64,000 bases of DNA from Octopus sinensis (lineage: Eukaryota). The stretch covers positions 16,368,001-16,432,000 of the forward strand of contig NC_043003.1 of assembly GCF_006345805.1 (NCBI RefSeq). Direction: 5' to 3'. A program made the position numbers and the translations under genes. This document shows positions 1 to 12,700 of this stretch, in pieces. The notes beneath the pieces are model-generated. The model was not told where the DNA came from, made no database searches, and was given only the letters and a program-made list of their open reading frames with translations. Every line of letters begins with the position of its first letter. The stretch's first letter is position 1.

Positions 1-309
1 TGACAGCCGATTATTCAACGCCTGCTGAATAGGAAACGGTTTTTATGCAACAGGTAAGAGTTGTGTCCCTTACTGTCATTAAATATTTTTATTTAAATTT
101 CAGTAAACTTCAATAAAAGTGCTTGAAACTATTATCAACTAGCGATTTAATATTAGCCAATATGTCGCCTCCTATTCCTAAAAACATCAGTCTGGAAGCA
201 TAGTTTTCTTATTATAGGATATACTAAGGCAGTTAAAAATGGCAGTTATGCATTGTGGAAGAATAACGAAAGGACCTTTTTATGTGTGCTCTAAATTGGT
301 TTTAGGCAA

Positions 310-1139
310 CTGATACCAAGACAACTCATATCAGACAACTCATTCCTGGACAATTGATATCTAGGACATTTGATATATAGGACAACTCATACGTAGACAA
401 TGGATATCTAGGACAACTAATATATAGGACAAGTCATACCTGGACAATGGATATCTAGAACGACTGATATATAGGACAACTCATTCATGGACAATTGATA
501 TCTAGGACAACTGATATATAGGACAACTCGTACCTGGACAATTGATATCTAGGACAACTGATATATAGGACAACTCATACCTGGACAATTGATATCTAAG
601 ACAACTGATATATAGGACAACTCATACCTGGACAATTGATATCTAGGACAAATGATATATAGGACAACTGATATATAGAACAACTTATACCTGAAAAATT
701 GATATCCAGGACAACTGATATATAGGACAACACATACCTGGACAATTGATATATAGCACAACTGATATATAGGACAACTCATACCTGGACTATTGATATA
801 TAGCACAAATGATGTACAGGACAACTCATATATAGGACTACTCATAACAGGTATAAAGTGATAAATGTTTAATTTTGAAATAAATTTTGCGTGTATATGG
901 TGTGTGTGTATGTGGTGTCTGTGTGTGTGCGTGTGTGTGTTTGTGTAGTGTGTACTTGTGTATGTGTACATGTTTGTGCGTGTGTGTGGTATGTGCGGTT
1001 ATTTTATTCTTACTTGATTTTTCTTTCGAAATGAAATCTTTATCACTTTATACATGGTATAAATTGTCCTAGATATCAATTGTCCAGATATAAGTTGTCT
1101 GATACGAGTTGTCCGGCAATGAGTTGTCTGGCACACTCC
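310..1139. mobile_element. Foldback/MITE-like TIR element with an array of ~47-bp subterminal tandem repeats
   Basis: About ten copies of ggacaactgatatataggacaactcatacctggacaattgatatcta at ~345-850. The same motif recurs inverted at ~1065-1130 (ttgtcctagatatcaattgtcc...gagttgtctggcac). A (TG)n tract lies inside. No TSD found and the left end is unclear. Confidence 0.6.
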
Positions 1140-1249
1140 AAGTTATGATAGAACAAAATATCCCTGTTTCGTTATCCAACCTCAAAGTTTCCAGATATAA
1201 CAAGACAGGAAGGTGGCGTTTTACCTCCTTGTCAATTTAGAAGTACACA

Positions 1250-1250
<1 letters not shown>

Positions 1251-1321
<71 letters not shown>

Positions 1322-1335
1322 AACACACACACACA

Positions 1336-1368
<33 letters not shown>

Positions 1369-1382
1369 CACACACACACACA
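1251..1382. repeat. (CA)n microsatellite
   Basis: Direct inspection. Confidence 0.95.
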
Positions 1383-1610
1383 CATATATATATACTGTAT
1401 AAACCTTTATCGTGAAATGGTTGTCTATGAGTCCCACATATTATCAAAAAGAGTGAGGATCTCCCTAAAACCACAGGTAGGTAAGGAAGTATCCTCTCAA
1501 TTGACAGGTAAGTTGATTTTGGTAGTCACGGATGGGTGCCTGGGTGATTGTTGCGTTCAGTTTAATGTAAATTTGTTTATAACATAACATAAAACAACTA
1601 ACATTGATAT

Positions 1611-2320
1611 AGGGTCTTCTCATAAATAAAGCGATTTTTTTCAATTGCATGAAGTAAAAGTTGGAGAGGGTCTTGCTACGAAAGCAGCTAGTAATTTTAC
1701 CTTGTATTTATTCTTAGTGAAAGTTTTGAAGAGTGCAGTTCGATTTTAACAGTTATTTTTTTCAAAGCTATAATGGAAGTAACAAAGGAGGATATTCGGC
1801 ATATTTTGCTTTATGAGTTCAATAAAGACAACAACGGAACGGTAAGTGCGAGGAATATGAATGCAGTATATGGGGTTCGGACAATATGCATAAGCCAGTA
1901 TCAACGCTGCAGAAATTCCGAGCCGAAAACTCCAGACTAGAAGACGAACTTCGTCCTGGAAGATCTGTAGAGCTCGACGAACAAAATCCCATCGTAACTG
2001 CTGAGAAACTAGCAAAGAAACTTGGATTTGGTCATCCAACCATTCATCGACACCTGCGTGCCATCGGAAAAGTCAACAAATTGAGTCAATAGGTTCCTCA
2101 GAAACTTTCCGAGTCTAATCGCGCGGCCACATTCAGCGAGGATAACATTCCAAAGGCTGGAGCAATTTGAATGGGAAACAATGCCACACCCACCGTATTC
2201 ACCGGACATTGTCCCATCTGATTATCATTTATTCCGCAGTCTTCAAAATCATTTGGACGGAAAAAATATGAATTCTGTAGATGAGGTCAGAACAGTAGTG
2301 TAGGGGTATATTTCGTTAGG
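1611..2320 (+). mobile_element. Internally deleted, decayed mariner transposase relic
   Basis: Translation gives an N-terminal MEVTKEDIRHILLYEF..., then HRHLRAIGKV..*VPQKL (WVPHEL-like), then the C-terminal PHPPYSPDIVPSDYHLFRSLQNHL. Contains stops and frameshifts; ends approximate. Confidence 0.85.
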
Positions 2321-2439
2321 GACCTAGTGTGCATGCACAGCAGAGTTCAAGATCAATCTTTGCCAAGGGTCTTCACTTTGCATGTTATAGCGTCATTACT
2401 ATGGCAACAGTCCGGATACTTATTGACCAGACCTCGTCT

Positions 2440-2725
2440 ATGTATATATCACGTGATCACGTGACCGACCAGTCCATCAGATGTAGTTACACATCGCATT
2501 GTTTTAGCCTTCGAACGACGCCACCCCGCTGGCTAAGCGAGCAGGCCAACAGAAGAAAGAGTGGGAGAAAGAGTACAGCAGGGATCACCACCCCCTGCCG
2601 GAGCCTCGTGGAGCTTTTAGGTGTTTTCGCTCAATAAACACTCACAACGCCCGGTCTGGGAATCGAAACCGCGATCCTGCGACAGCGAGTCCGCTGCCCT
2701 AACCACTAGGCCATTGCGCCTCCAC
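2440..2725 (-). mobile_element. tRNA-derived SINE (SINE-C family)
   Basis: Minus-strand head ggcgcaatggcctagtggttagggcagcggactcg...gtttcgattccc with A/B boxes. Homologous copies at ~46862-47247, ~52290-52590 and ~61105-61290. Confidence 0.8.
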
Positions 2726-2727
2726 AT

Positions 2728-2730
2728 ATG

Positions 2731-2775
<45 letters not shown>

Positions 2776-2918
2776 GTATATATAGTGTATATACATACGT
2801 ATATATATCATATATACATATATACGTGTATCTATATATATGTGTGTATGTTTGTATTTATACACACACATACATACATACTTACATACATGCATACACA
2901 TATAATATGTATATATAT

Positions 2919-2977
<59 letters not shown>

Positions 2978-2995
2978 TATATATTATATATATAT
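2728..2995. repeat. (TA)n/(TG)n/(CATA)n compound microsatellite
   Basis: Direct inspection. Confidence 0.95.
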
Positions 2996-4003
2996 TGGTT
3001 GTAGAGAATATGGTAACTTGTTCAGCCATAAAATTTATTTAATTTCATATAGCATATTACTTATAATGACCTACACGTTCAAATGCACCCACTATTCACG
3101 GTTGCAGATGCAACCTTGTATTGTCGGTGCAGCTTCGTCACGGTCCATTCATCTGGTCATTCAACCGTGAGTTGTCGGTGCAGTGGAAATATGTGTAGAT
3201 CATTATAATATGCTGTATAAAATTATGAAATGCATTTTATGATTGAACAAGTCTCCATACTCTTTATTATTAATAATGATATATATACTCCGGGCAATTT
3301 TTACAGTCCAGCGAAGCTTACACAGAATAACCCATCGGAAGAATCCACGGAGTGACTAGCAACAAACAAATAGGAACCACAGACGTTAAATACTGGTGAA
3401 AGAGATTAGCTGTTAACTGAAACTTAATTGAGAGCCAATACGTTATCCACCCGGATACGTTATCCACCCGGATACGTTATCCACCCGGATAACATATCCC
3501 TCCAAGCTCATGTATATATATATATATATATATGTAAGTATGTATGTATGTGTGTGTATAAATACAAACATACACACATATATATAGATACACGTATATA
3601 TGTATATATGATATATATACGTATGTATATACACTATATATACATATTTATGTGTACATACACACATACACGCACACACACACACGCACACACACACACA
3701 CGCACACACACATTGATCAGATCGGCGCTAACGTATGACCCTAGGTTTAACCACAATTCACTTTGTTAACCATACACTTGGCAAACAGCTTAATGTGAAC
3801 TCTGAGTCTTTGATCTGATATTATTGCTATATATATATATATAGTCAATCCAAACATGAACAAGCAAAAAAAAAATGAAAAACAACAATGCAGGACGTGG
3901 AATAAGTACAATGTTATTGGACGCTCAGGAAAGGATAGAAAAGAAAGATTTCACGTTTTGAGCGGATATATATATATATATAATATATATATATCTGTAT
4001 CTA

Positions 4004-4069
<66 letters not shown>

Positions 4070-4139
4070 GGCATTCGTTAAGTGTGACAGAGGCAGAATT
4101 AGTTTAAAATGGTAATTTGTGTATCGTACTTAAAACACA

Positions 4140-4783
4140 TATGTGCGTCCATGCTGCCAACAAAGCACGCGGAATTCTGTTCTTGATTCGACGGTCATTC
4201 GGAATGCTCACAGCAGCCATATTCTTACCACTCTATGTCACGCTGGTGAGACCCATATTGGAGTATGGGATTCAAGCCTCTTCTCCTTATCTCCTCAAAG
4301 ACATACAGCATCTCGAAAGAGTCCAGAAGCTGGCTACCCGCATGGTTCATGGTCTCAAAAATTTGTCCTACGAAGAAAGGATGAGGACGCTCGACCTTTA
4401 TTCTCTTGAAAAACGCCGCCGTGTGGTGATCTCATTCTCGCCCACAACATCATAAGCGGAAAGTGTAACCTCTCGAAAGAGCTGTTCTTCACTCCTGCTC
4501 CAGAGCGTCGGCTGCGGGGTCATTCCGAAAAGCTCTACCTGCGACGATTTCATCTCAATCGAAGGAGAGGAGCTTTCTCTGTCCGGGTTGCGGATCCGTG
4601 GAACAAGCTGCCAGACGAGATGGTGAAGATGCCGACGACCACTTTGTTCAAAGCCTCCCTTGACCTCAAGTGGCCTGAACTCTTTACATGAACACCACCC
4701 TGTACTTAACTCCATGTCCCCCTACATGGCCTTGCTATTTGCTTTTGAGCCAAATTAACTAACAACTAACTAACTAACTAACA
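4140..4783 (+). mobile_element. 5'-truncated CR1-clade LINE (ORF2 C-terminus, 3' UTR, (TAAC)n tail)
   Basis: Translation ANKARGILFLIRRSF...LYVTLVRPILEYG...LERVQKLATRMV..LSYEER...LEKRR, continuing after a frameshift to VADPWNKLPDEMV. Ends in aactaactaactaac. Confidence 0.92.
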
Positions 4784-4847
4784 TACAGTGTTAAAAGCGC
4801 AAAAATATATCAGAAGCAGACTATGTATAAACATACATACATACACA

Positions 4848-4925
<78 letters not shown>

Positions 4926-5673
4926 ATGTATGTTGTGTGTTTGTTGTGTGTGTGTGTGTGTGTGTATGTGTGTGTTTCTGTGTGTCCGGTCGTCGTTTGT
5001 GCAGTGTCCCCATCTACGGTCTCTAACACACAAGATGTCCTTCAATCCTATGCTTGCTCACAGAGGAAAACCCCTCCCAACATTTCTTCGTATTGAGATC
5101 GAACCCGGAAACAACATGCTGGCAAAATAGACTTCTTAACGACACGGCCATGTCTGGAACCATACTCAATATACATAATAAAATTTATTCTTGCTTTAAA
5201 TTAAGCTTTTTAACTCTGAAGAGAAATTCGATAAACGGAAAAATTGTGGTATCTTATGCATAAGAAAGAAGCAATTAAGTTTTCTTCGTTTTCTTTTTAG
5301 TATCTGCCTCACCCTCTTGGTTTCTTCCCATCTCCTTATCTCCCTTGAGCTTTATAATTTGTTAAGTATTATTAATTTATTGATTTATTTTAAAACGAAA
5401 GACGAAATGTATTTATATAAATAATTCAGTAACCAATATCGCGATATTGTAATAATGTTGATATAATGCTGCCGGATTCAATTTGTTATGTTGAAGAGAG
5501 ATTAATCCCCGATATTAATGTGTAATTCATCTATAAATAACCAAAAGCTTCTTTGTACATATTAATATAAATAGAGTTAAATTTTCCAAAATATTACAGA
5601 CACAAACAACGCACTCCCAACCGTACCTACGCATATGCGCACAATACGCCACAGAGACAATCCTCACGAAGTA

Positions 5674-6235
5674 TTGGGTTGTCCGGAAAGTTCGTGCCGA
5701 TTTATAGTAGCTTACCTTTTAGAACATGGCTGAGTCCATAAAATAGGATTTGACTACACCTCCATTTAGAACACAGTTTAAGCTATTTTTCGTGGAAGAA
5801 GGTTTGTGTTTCTATAACCTGTGTTAATTCTGTAACCTTTTAAAATGGAAGATAAGTAAGTTTATTTTCGGCACTCGATGCTTTGGGAACCAGGGAACCA
5901 GACAAAAATTGGTGCATCTTGGCTGGATGTGTTACCCCACCCTCTATGTTCACCAGGTATTGCTCCTTCGGATTTCCACTTATTCAGGTCTCTGCAGAAT
6001 AGTCTTAATGGTAAAAATTTAAATTCCTTGGATGATGTAAAAAGATACCTAGATGAATTCTTTGCCATGAAACCACCTCAATTCTGGGAAGAAGGTATTT
6101 TCAAGTTAATGGAAAGATAGAGACGCATTGTGCAACAAAATCGTTCATATTTGGTTGATTAAAAATGTAATGGCATGTATTTATTGACCACTTTATTTCC
6201 TTTAAAAATCGGCACAAACTTTCCGGACAACCCAA
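5674..6235 (+). mobile_element. Non-autonomous mariner deletion derivative (~560 bp), copy 1
   Basis: TIRs ttgggttgtccggaaagttcgtgccgattt / aaatcggcacaaactttccggacaacccaa, flanked by TA. Remnant transposase C-terminus LPHPLCSPGIAPSDFHLFRSLQNSL. Confidence 0.95.
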
Positions 6236-7064
6236 TACTTTAACCACCTTCCTCTCTTGTCTATTTCTCCCTTTGTATCTTTCTCTACAGGGTTATATTC
6301 TGATCTTTAGAAACTTGAAAACTTGAAAGTGTGTTATATTCACATGAAGGGCAACCTTTCTGACCTAGCCAATTATCCACCTGTCGAACCGACTTTCAAC
6401 ATCCCAGAACTAATGAAAGTATGTATTTAAAACCAACTTGAACACCTTAATGACTAACGCTACAGTTTCCTTAGCATCAAATTTGTTGGAGTTCTCTCCT
6501 ATCTCTTTCGCCAACGGACCAAAAATTGGTTTAAATAAATTTTACTACACTGGTCACCAGCAAAGCATGTAACTGCTTGAAAATGAATCTCCTAGCAAAA
6601 TACCTCATCTCTGGGTTCCATCAGACTAACGTCTCATAGATCAGTAACTTCTGTCACAAGGCTCAAAGGCATGACTGCTGGCAGATTTACCTCTAGCCTA
6701 TACACTTTATCAACTTTGGTTTGTCATAAAATTCAGTTTGGCCCTTAAATTGTTTCTTTTATGCATTGACGGCCAAGTTACCGCCAAAATCCAATAAAGT
6801 CCGCATTTCTTTCCTCGTTAACACTCCCCATCAAAACGTCAATCGTATGGAACTTAGACACTTCACGCCGAACCTGCTCGGACATCGGAAACAAGCGTCG
6901 TAGAACCCGACGAATCTCGTAACCTAGCTTTGTGTACTTTCAGGCACATTATCATTCAGTAGAATTCCTCTTCTGAGACAGTTACCGCAGCGAAGGTTAT
7001 ACGAGGATAAAAGAAATGACGTGAGAGAATACTTATACTGTAAAGTTGATGTTTTGGAGTACCA

Positions 7065-7458
7065 ATTTCTTTACTACCCACAAAGGGCTAAACACAGAAG
7101 GGACAAACAAGGCCAGACAAACGGATTAAGTCGATTATATCGACCCCAGTGCGTAACTGGTACTTATTTAATCGACCCGAAAGGATGAAAGGCAAAGTCG
7201 ACCTCGGCGGAATTTGAACTCAGAACGTAGCGGCAGACGAAATACCTATTTCTTTACTACCCACAAGGGGCTACATACGGAGGAGACAATCAAGGACAGA
7301 CAAACGGATTAAGTCGATTATATCGACCCCAGTGCGTAACTGGTACTTAATTGATCGATCCCGAAAGGATGTAAGGCAAAGTCGACCTCGGCGGAATTTG
7401 AACTCAGGACGTAACGGCAGACGAAATACCGCTAAGCGTTTCGCCTAGCGTGCTAACG
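7065..7458 (-). mobile_element. SINE-B, dimeric
   Basis: Two head-to-tail units, each with gagttcaaattccgccgaggtcgac and the 3' tail ...ccccttgtgggtagtaaagaaat. Confidence 0.85.
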
Positions 7459-7755
7459 TTTCTGCCAGCTAGCCACCTTGGACTACCATGAATCATTCGG
7501 AGATTAGTGTGTTATTTTACTTCTCAGCACAATTGTATATATGGGTCACTTTCAGAATCACAAAAATTAGTGGTTTGGAGTTTAACTGCTCTTTCTAGTT
7601 GAGTCAGATATCCTATTCTTTAGGTATCTCTTTTGTGTTTAAATGTACAGTGTATTTTTCTCTGAATAATGTATAGTCTATCGACTATTTTTTCCTTCTC
7701 GCTAGACCACTGGTAACTAAGAATTTTTTCGATGAATATTCTTGCTACCCTAAGA

Positions 7756-7799
<44 letters not shown>

Positions 7800-8768
7800 A
7801 TATTATATATATATATATTATATATATATATAATGGACACAGGGTTGTGTGTCATATAGCTAGCTAGAGGCGATGGCCTCTTGCAGCTAAGCAACGGCAG
7901 CTTTCCTCCTATATTTATGGACTGCCATATTAGCTTGGCGATAACTGTTAATATCCAGTACCGCTGCCGTAGCCTCCTTTAGAGAGACTTAGAAATAATA
8001 ATATTCTATTATATATATATATAATAGAAATATTATTATTTCTATTATATATATATATAGTTAACGTAAGCACATAAATAACTTTGCGTCCAAGCAATGT
8101 TGCTGAAATACTGAAAGAAGAGGCGACTTACGCTATTATTTAAGGCGTTCGAATTGATACCTCATCAATTAGAAAATTTCTGACAATAAAGTTAATTTTA
8201 CACCAAATTATAACCGTTTTCCCCTTGACAGAGAATTCTGAATCTGTCATCATGGTCGTAAAAGAAAGACGGACGAAGAGGAAGAGAAATTAATTGAACT
8301 ATATAATTATATAATTCCAGCATTCTGGAATTATAGATTACCACACAATAAGCTACGCCAAACAAGTAAGCCGGGTGGATTGTATTTAAATGTGGAAATA
8401 AGATTCTAGGCATTCAAATATAAAGACGTCTTAAAGATGAAACACGACTATATTTTTGTTTTCGTTAAGTTGTGCAACTACACAGTATCCCACGATAAAA
8501 AAAAACACTATTTTAGAATGATTTAGAAATGATTTAGAAAGTAAAGAAAAAAAGCTTTTTAGAACAATTTGGAATAATTTACTTGTCATCATCAATCAAA
8601 AAATACTAGTTGTACATTTTCGAGTGAACGAAGGAGGCTGCTATGTAGTACTTCAACATGCTAGATATAACAGCTAAATAGCTCTGAAGTCATACCTTGC
8701 TGTATGAAGAAGGTAGAGCTGTGTGTGTGTGTGTGTGTATATACGAACACAAATAAATACATACACAT

Positions 8769-8849
<81 letters not shown>

Positions 8850-8924
8850 AAACTATCTATTTGTCTCTCTGTCTGACTGTCTGCTTCACTCTTTCGATAT
8901 ACATACATACATATACATAAATAC

Positions 8925-9260
8925 ATACATGGCTCTGGTTACAGCGTCAGGCTCATAATCATGAGGTAGTGAGTTTGATACCTGGACCTGGTTGTGTGTT
9001 GTGTTCTTGAGCAAGACACTTTATTTCACGTTGTTCCTGTTCACTCACCTGTAGAAATGAGTTGCAGCGTCACTGGTGCCAAGTTGTATCCGTCTTTGCC
9101 TTTCCCTTGGATAACATTGGTGGCGTGGAGAGGGGACGCTGGTATGCATGGGAGACTACTGGTTTTTCATAAACAAATTTGCCCGACTTGTGCCTCGGAG
9201 GGAAACTTTCTAGCTGCAATCCCATGGTTAACCATGACCGAAGGGAATCTTAATCCTTTT
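8925..9260 (+). mobile_element. tRNA-derived SINE with CORE-like central region (SINE-D)
   Basis: Decayed tRNA head followed by gtgttcttgagcaagacactttatttcacgttg. Related fragments at ~19720-19860 and ~25250-25450. Confidence 0.6.
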
Positions 9261-9265
9261 TTCTA

Positions 9266-9290
9266 CATGCATACATACATACATACATAA

Positions 9291-9321
<31 letters not shown>

Positions 9322-9412
9322 CATACATGCATACATGCATACATGCATGCATGCATGCATACATACATAATTACATACAACATACATAATTACATACATA
9401 CAACATACATAA

Positions 9413-9443
<31 letters not shown>

Positions 9444-9499
9444 CATGCATGCATGCATGCATACATACATACATACATACATACATACAACATACATAA

Positions 9500-9530
<31 letters not shown>

Positions 9531-9607
9531 CATACATAATTACATACATAATTACATACATACATACTTACATAATTACATACATACATAATTACATACA
9601 TACATAA

Positions 9608-9638
<31 letters not shown>

Positions 9639-9840
9639 CATACAACATACATACATACATGCATGCATGCATGCATACATACATAAATACATACATACAT
9701 ACATACATACATACATACATACATGCATGCATGCATACATACATACATACATACATACATACATACATACATACATACATGCAGGAATCAAACTCACTAC
9801 CTCATGATACATACATACATACGTACGTACATACATACAT
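9266..9840. repeat. (CATA)n tetranucleotide array with (CATG) and CATAATTA variants
   Basis: Direct inspection. Confidence 0.95.
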
Positions 9841-9999
9841 ATTATTTGGTAAGGCTTTAACAAGTAGAATAACACTCGATCAGCTAAGAGAGTAAAGATA
9901 ATGTTATACTTTTTAAAAACCCACAAGTTTTGCTAAATACAACTACCTAGGGTTTCCGGTTCGAAACATTAATATTATATATATATATCTACTGGCACT

Positions 10000-10323
10000 T
10001 GTGCCGGTGGCAAGTAAAAAAAATAACATTCGAGCGAGGTCGTTGCCAGTGCCGTTGGACTGGCTCCTGAGCAGGTGGCACGTAAAAAGCACCATTTGAG
10101 CGTGGCTGTTGCCAGTACCGCCTGACTGGCCCTCGTGCCGGCAGCACGTAAAAGCACCCACTACACCCTCGGAGTGGTTGGCGTTAGGAAGGGCATCCAG
10201 CTGTAGAAACTCTGCCAGATCAGATTGGAGCCTGGTGCAGCCATCTGGTTCGCCAGTTCTCAGTCAAATCGTCCAACCCATGCTAGCATGGAAAGCGGAT
10301 GTTAAACGACGATGATGATGATG
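10000..10323 (+). mobile_element. SINE 3' part with internal duplications and a (GAT)n tail
   Basis: Repeated gcacgtaaaaagcacc / ttgccagt modules, then gttggcgttaggaagggcatccagctgtagaaac. Ends aaacgacgatgatgatga, an RTE-type tail. Confidence 0.65.
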
Positions 10324-10339
10324 CTATATAATCCTTTTA

Positions 10340-10544
10340 TTCTTTTCTTCTACTTCTTTCAGTCTTGGCAGCGACCATGCTGGAGCACCGCCTCTAGTCG
10401 AACAAATCGATCCTAGAACTTATTCTTTGTAAACCTAGTACTTATTCTATCAGTGTCTTTTGTCGAACCGCTAAGTTACGGGGACGTAAACACACCAACA
10501 TCGGTTATCAAGTGATGGTGGTGGGACAAACACAGTCGCAAAAG

Positions 10545-10576
<32 letters not shown>

Positions 10577-10718
10577 ACGGTCTTCCAGTTTACATCTGCC
10601 AAATCCACTCACAATGCTTTAGTCGGCCCGAGGCTATAGTAGAAGACACTTGTCGAAGGTTCCACGCAGTGGGACTGAACCCAGAATCATGTTGTTGGAA
10701 AGCACAGCCACACCTGCA
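10340..10718 (-). mobile_element. SINE-A (tRNA-derived, internal microsatellite)
   Basis: Matches the family consensus seen at 24505-24935, 25545-25965 and elsewhere (gcagtgggactgaacc; ggcccgaggctatagtagaagacactt). Confidence 0.9.
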
Positions 10719-10795
10719 CCTCTCTCTCTCTCTCTCTCTTCTCTATATATATAATATATACACACACACACATATAATAGACATACATACATACA

Positions 10796-10863
<68 letters not shown>

Positions 10864-11553
10864 AAAGAGAGAGAGAAAGAGTTAGCAGTTGTAGTAACGG
10901 ACAAAGGGATAAAATATCCATTACTTGTGTTATCCCCGGGCAACGGTGTGCAGGGACACTATATATGTCGACGCAGGTGACTATAAGATAAACAAAAGTT
11001 TATCAGGAACCAATACAAATAATTAGAAAATAGAGAAAAACATATATTAACTAAGTACACAGATAGGATCACATTTAAAGCCTATTTATTAAAACAAAGC
11101 AAGGCAACAAAGCTAACAGCTGTTTCTGATCAAAATTCCTAGAATGCAGATTATACATAAATGCGAGAATAAAATTCTTCATCTTCATAGGGCATTCTAA
11201 TTAAGGCAACCAATCTTTATCAGAGTGGAAAACTAGAGCATACAATATAAACAAAAGTAAGAAATCATGGTTTAGAAAAATAGTCTAAAAGCCCAAAATG
11301 TTAAGTACACATAATCATTTGCCATCCGAGCTCAAAGAACGTAGATGAAAGAATTTGTATAGTCTATATTCTGGTAGTACCGAGCACTGTTTTCTCATTC
11401 GTTCGACATTAAGCAACGTTCATACATATTTAATAAGAAGAAAAGAGAAAATCACATCTTCAATTGTTGATTACACCATTCATTACAGACAAGTTCGCTT
11501 AATACTGAGTGGTTTCTCGATGCTTACCAGGATTATTTAGACCCTCTTAACTG

Positions 11554-11554
<1 letters not shown>

Positions 11555-11638
<84 letters not shown>

Positions 11639-11869
11639 GTGTGTGTGTTTATATATATATATATATTTTATTATATATATATATATGAGGTAGAATTTTG
11701 TACAAAATTTTATATCTTTATTATCATACCTTATTATCATACTCTTAAATCCTGTAAAACTAATCTTCTGTGTGGTTTCAACTCTTCTCTCTTTATATAT
11801 ATATTTTTTTTTCGAAAAGAATTTATCCTCACATTTGATATATATATATTATAATATATATATATATAT

Positions 11870-11924
<55 letters not shown>

Positions 11925-12193
11925 ATAATATATATATGTATATATAATATATATATATAATATTATATATATATTATATATATTAATGTATATGTATATA
12001 TATATATATATATATATCATATAATATGTATATGTATTATATATATATATATATATATGTTAATGTATATATATATATATATATATATCTATATATATAT
12101 ATATATAATACATATCTATGTTATAATATATATATATATATATGTATATGTATATATATAATAATATATATATGTATATGTATATATGTATAT

Positions 12194-12229
<36 letters not shown>

Positions 12230-12248
12230 ATATGTATATATATATATA

Positions 12249-12296
<48 letters not shown>

Positions 12297-12320
12297 ATAT
12301 GTATATATATATATATATAT
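11555..12320. repeat. Long imperfect (TA)n tract interrupted by short unique segments
   Basis: Direct inspection. Confidence 0.9.
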
Positions 12321-12321
12321 C

Positions 12322-12700
12322 ATCAAATGTGAGGATAAAATTCTTTTCGAAAAATATATTTTCTCGAAAAAAATGTTATCATGGCCAGCATATTAAAAAT
12401 ACCTTTAACGGTTATATTTATAAATATTCATAAATGAGGGCAAAGGAAAAAAATTCTAATGCCAAATATGCCGAAAAATTGGACATATTGTCCATTAACC
12501 ATATAATTTTTTCACAATACGCACGCTACTCGAAAAAAGGCTGAGAGAAATTTCTAAAAAATTCCATTATTACCATATCGGACCGATTTCAGAGTTAGCT
12601 ACTAAGAACCCTCTCTTCGTCAGTGATACATGTGGCAAAAGAAAGAAATGAGATACTTACTCGCACCCATGGAAGAAGCAAACACTAAGTCATGGGCACA
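12322..12700 (-). mobile_element. Putative Penelope-like terminal-repeat (pLTR) segment ending at (TA)n
   Basis: Contains a hammerhead motif (12571-12628). Its distal 160 bp is repeated at 14513-14676 and partly inverted at 11801-11839. No ORF seen here, so the assignment is inferential. Confidence 0.55.
12571..12628 (-). ncRNA. Type I hammerhead ribozyme motif with palindromic stem III
   Basis: Minus strand reads tatca-CTGACGA-agag(agggttcttagtagctaa)ctct-GAA-atcggtccgat-A-tggta. Stem I tatca/tggta (one G.U), intact core, stem II agag/ctct, stem III atcgg/ccgat, cleavage triplet AUA. Confidence 0.8.

Noticed and set aside
310-850. Regular repeat array resembling CRISPR (also the SINE-B multimers)
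   Set aside because: No unique spacers, no cas genes, and a eukaryotic context.
5214-5250. ctgaaga-gaaattc-gata (and a similar string at ~5490)
   Set aside because: No valid stem II or GAAA; likely chance in AT-rich DNA.
6400-7020. Moderate-GC stretch that might be a decayed TE coding region (likewise 59300-59700, 61620-62120 and 63170-63420)
   Set aside because: No motif recognised in any frame; needs BLASTX.
11080-11530. Possible decayed Penelope segment with gaaacagctgtta (palindromic stem III) on the minus strand
   Set aside because: No CUGANGA core upstream and only a vague GIY-YIG resemblance.
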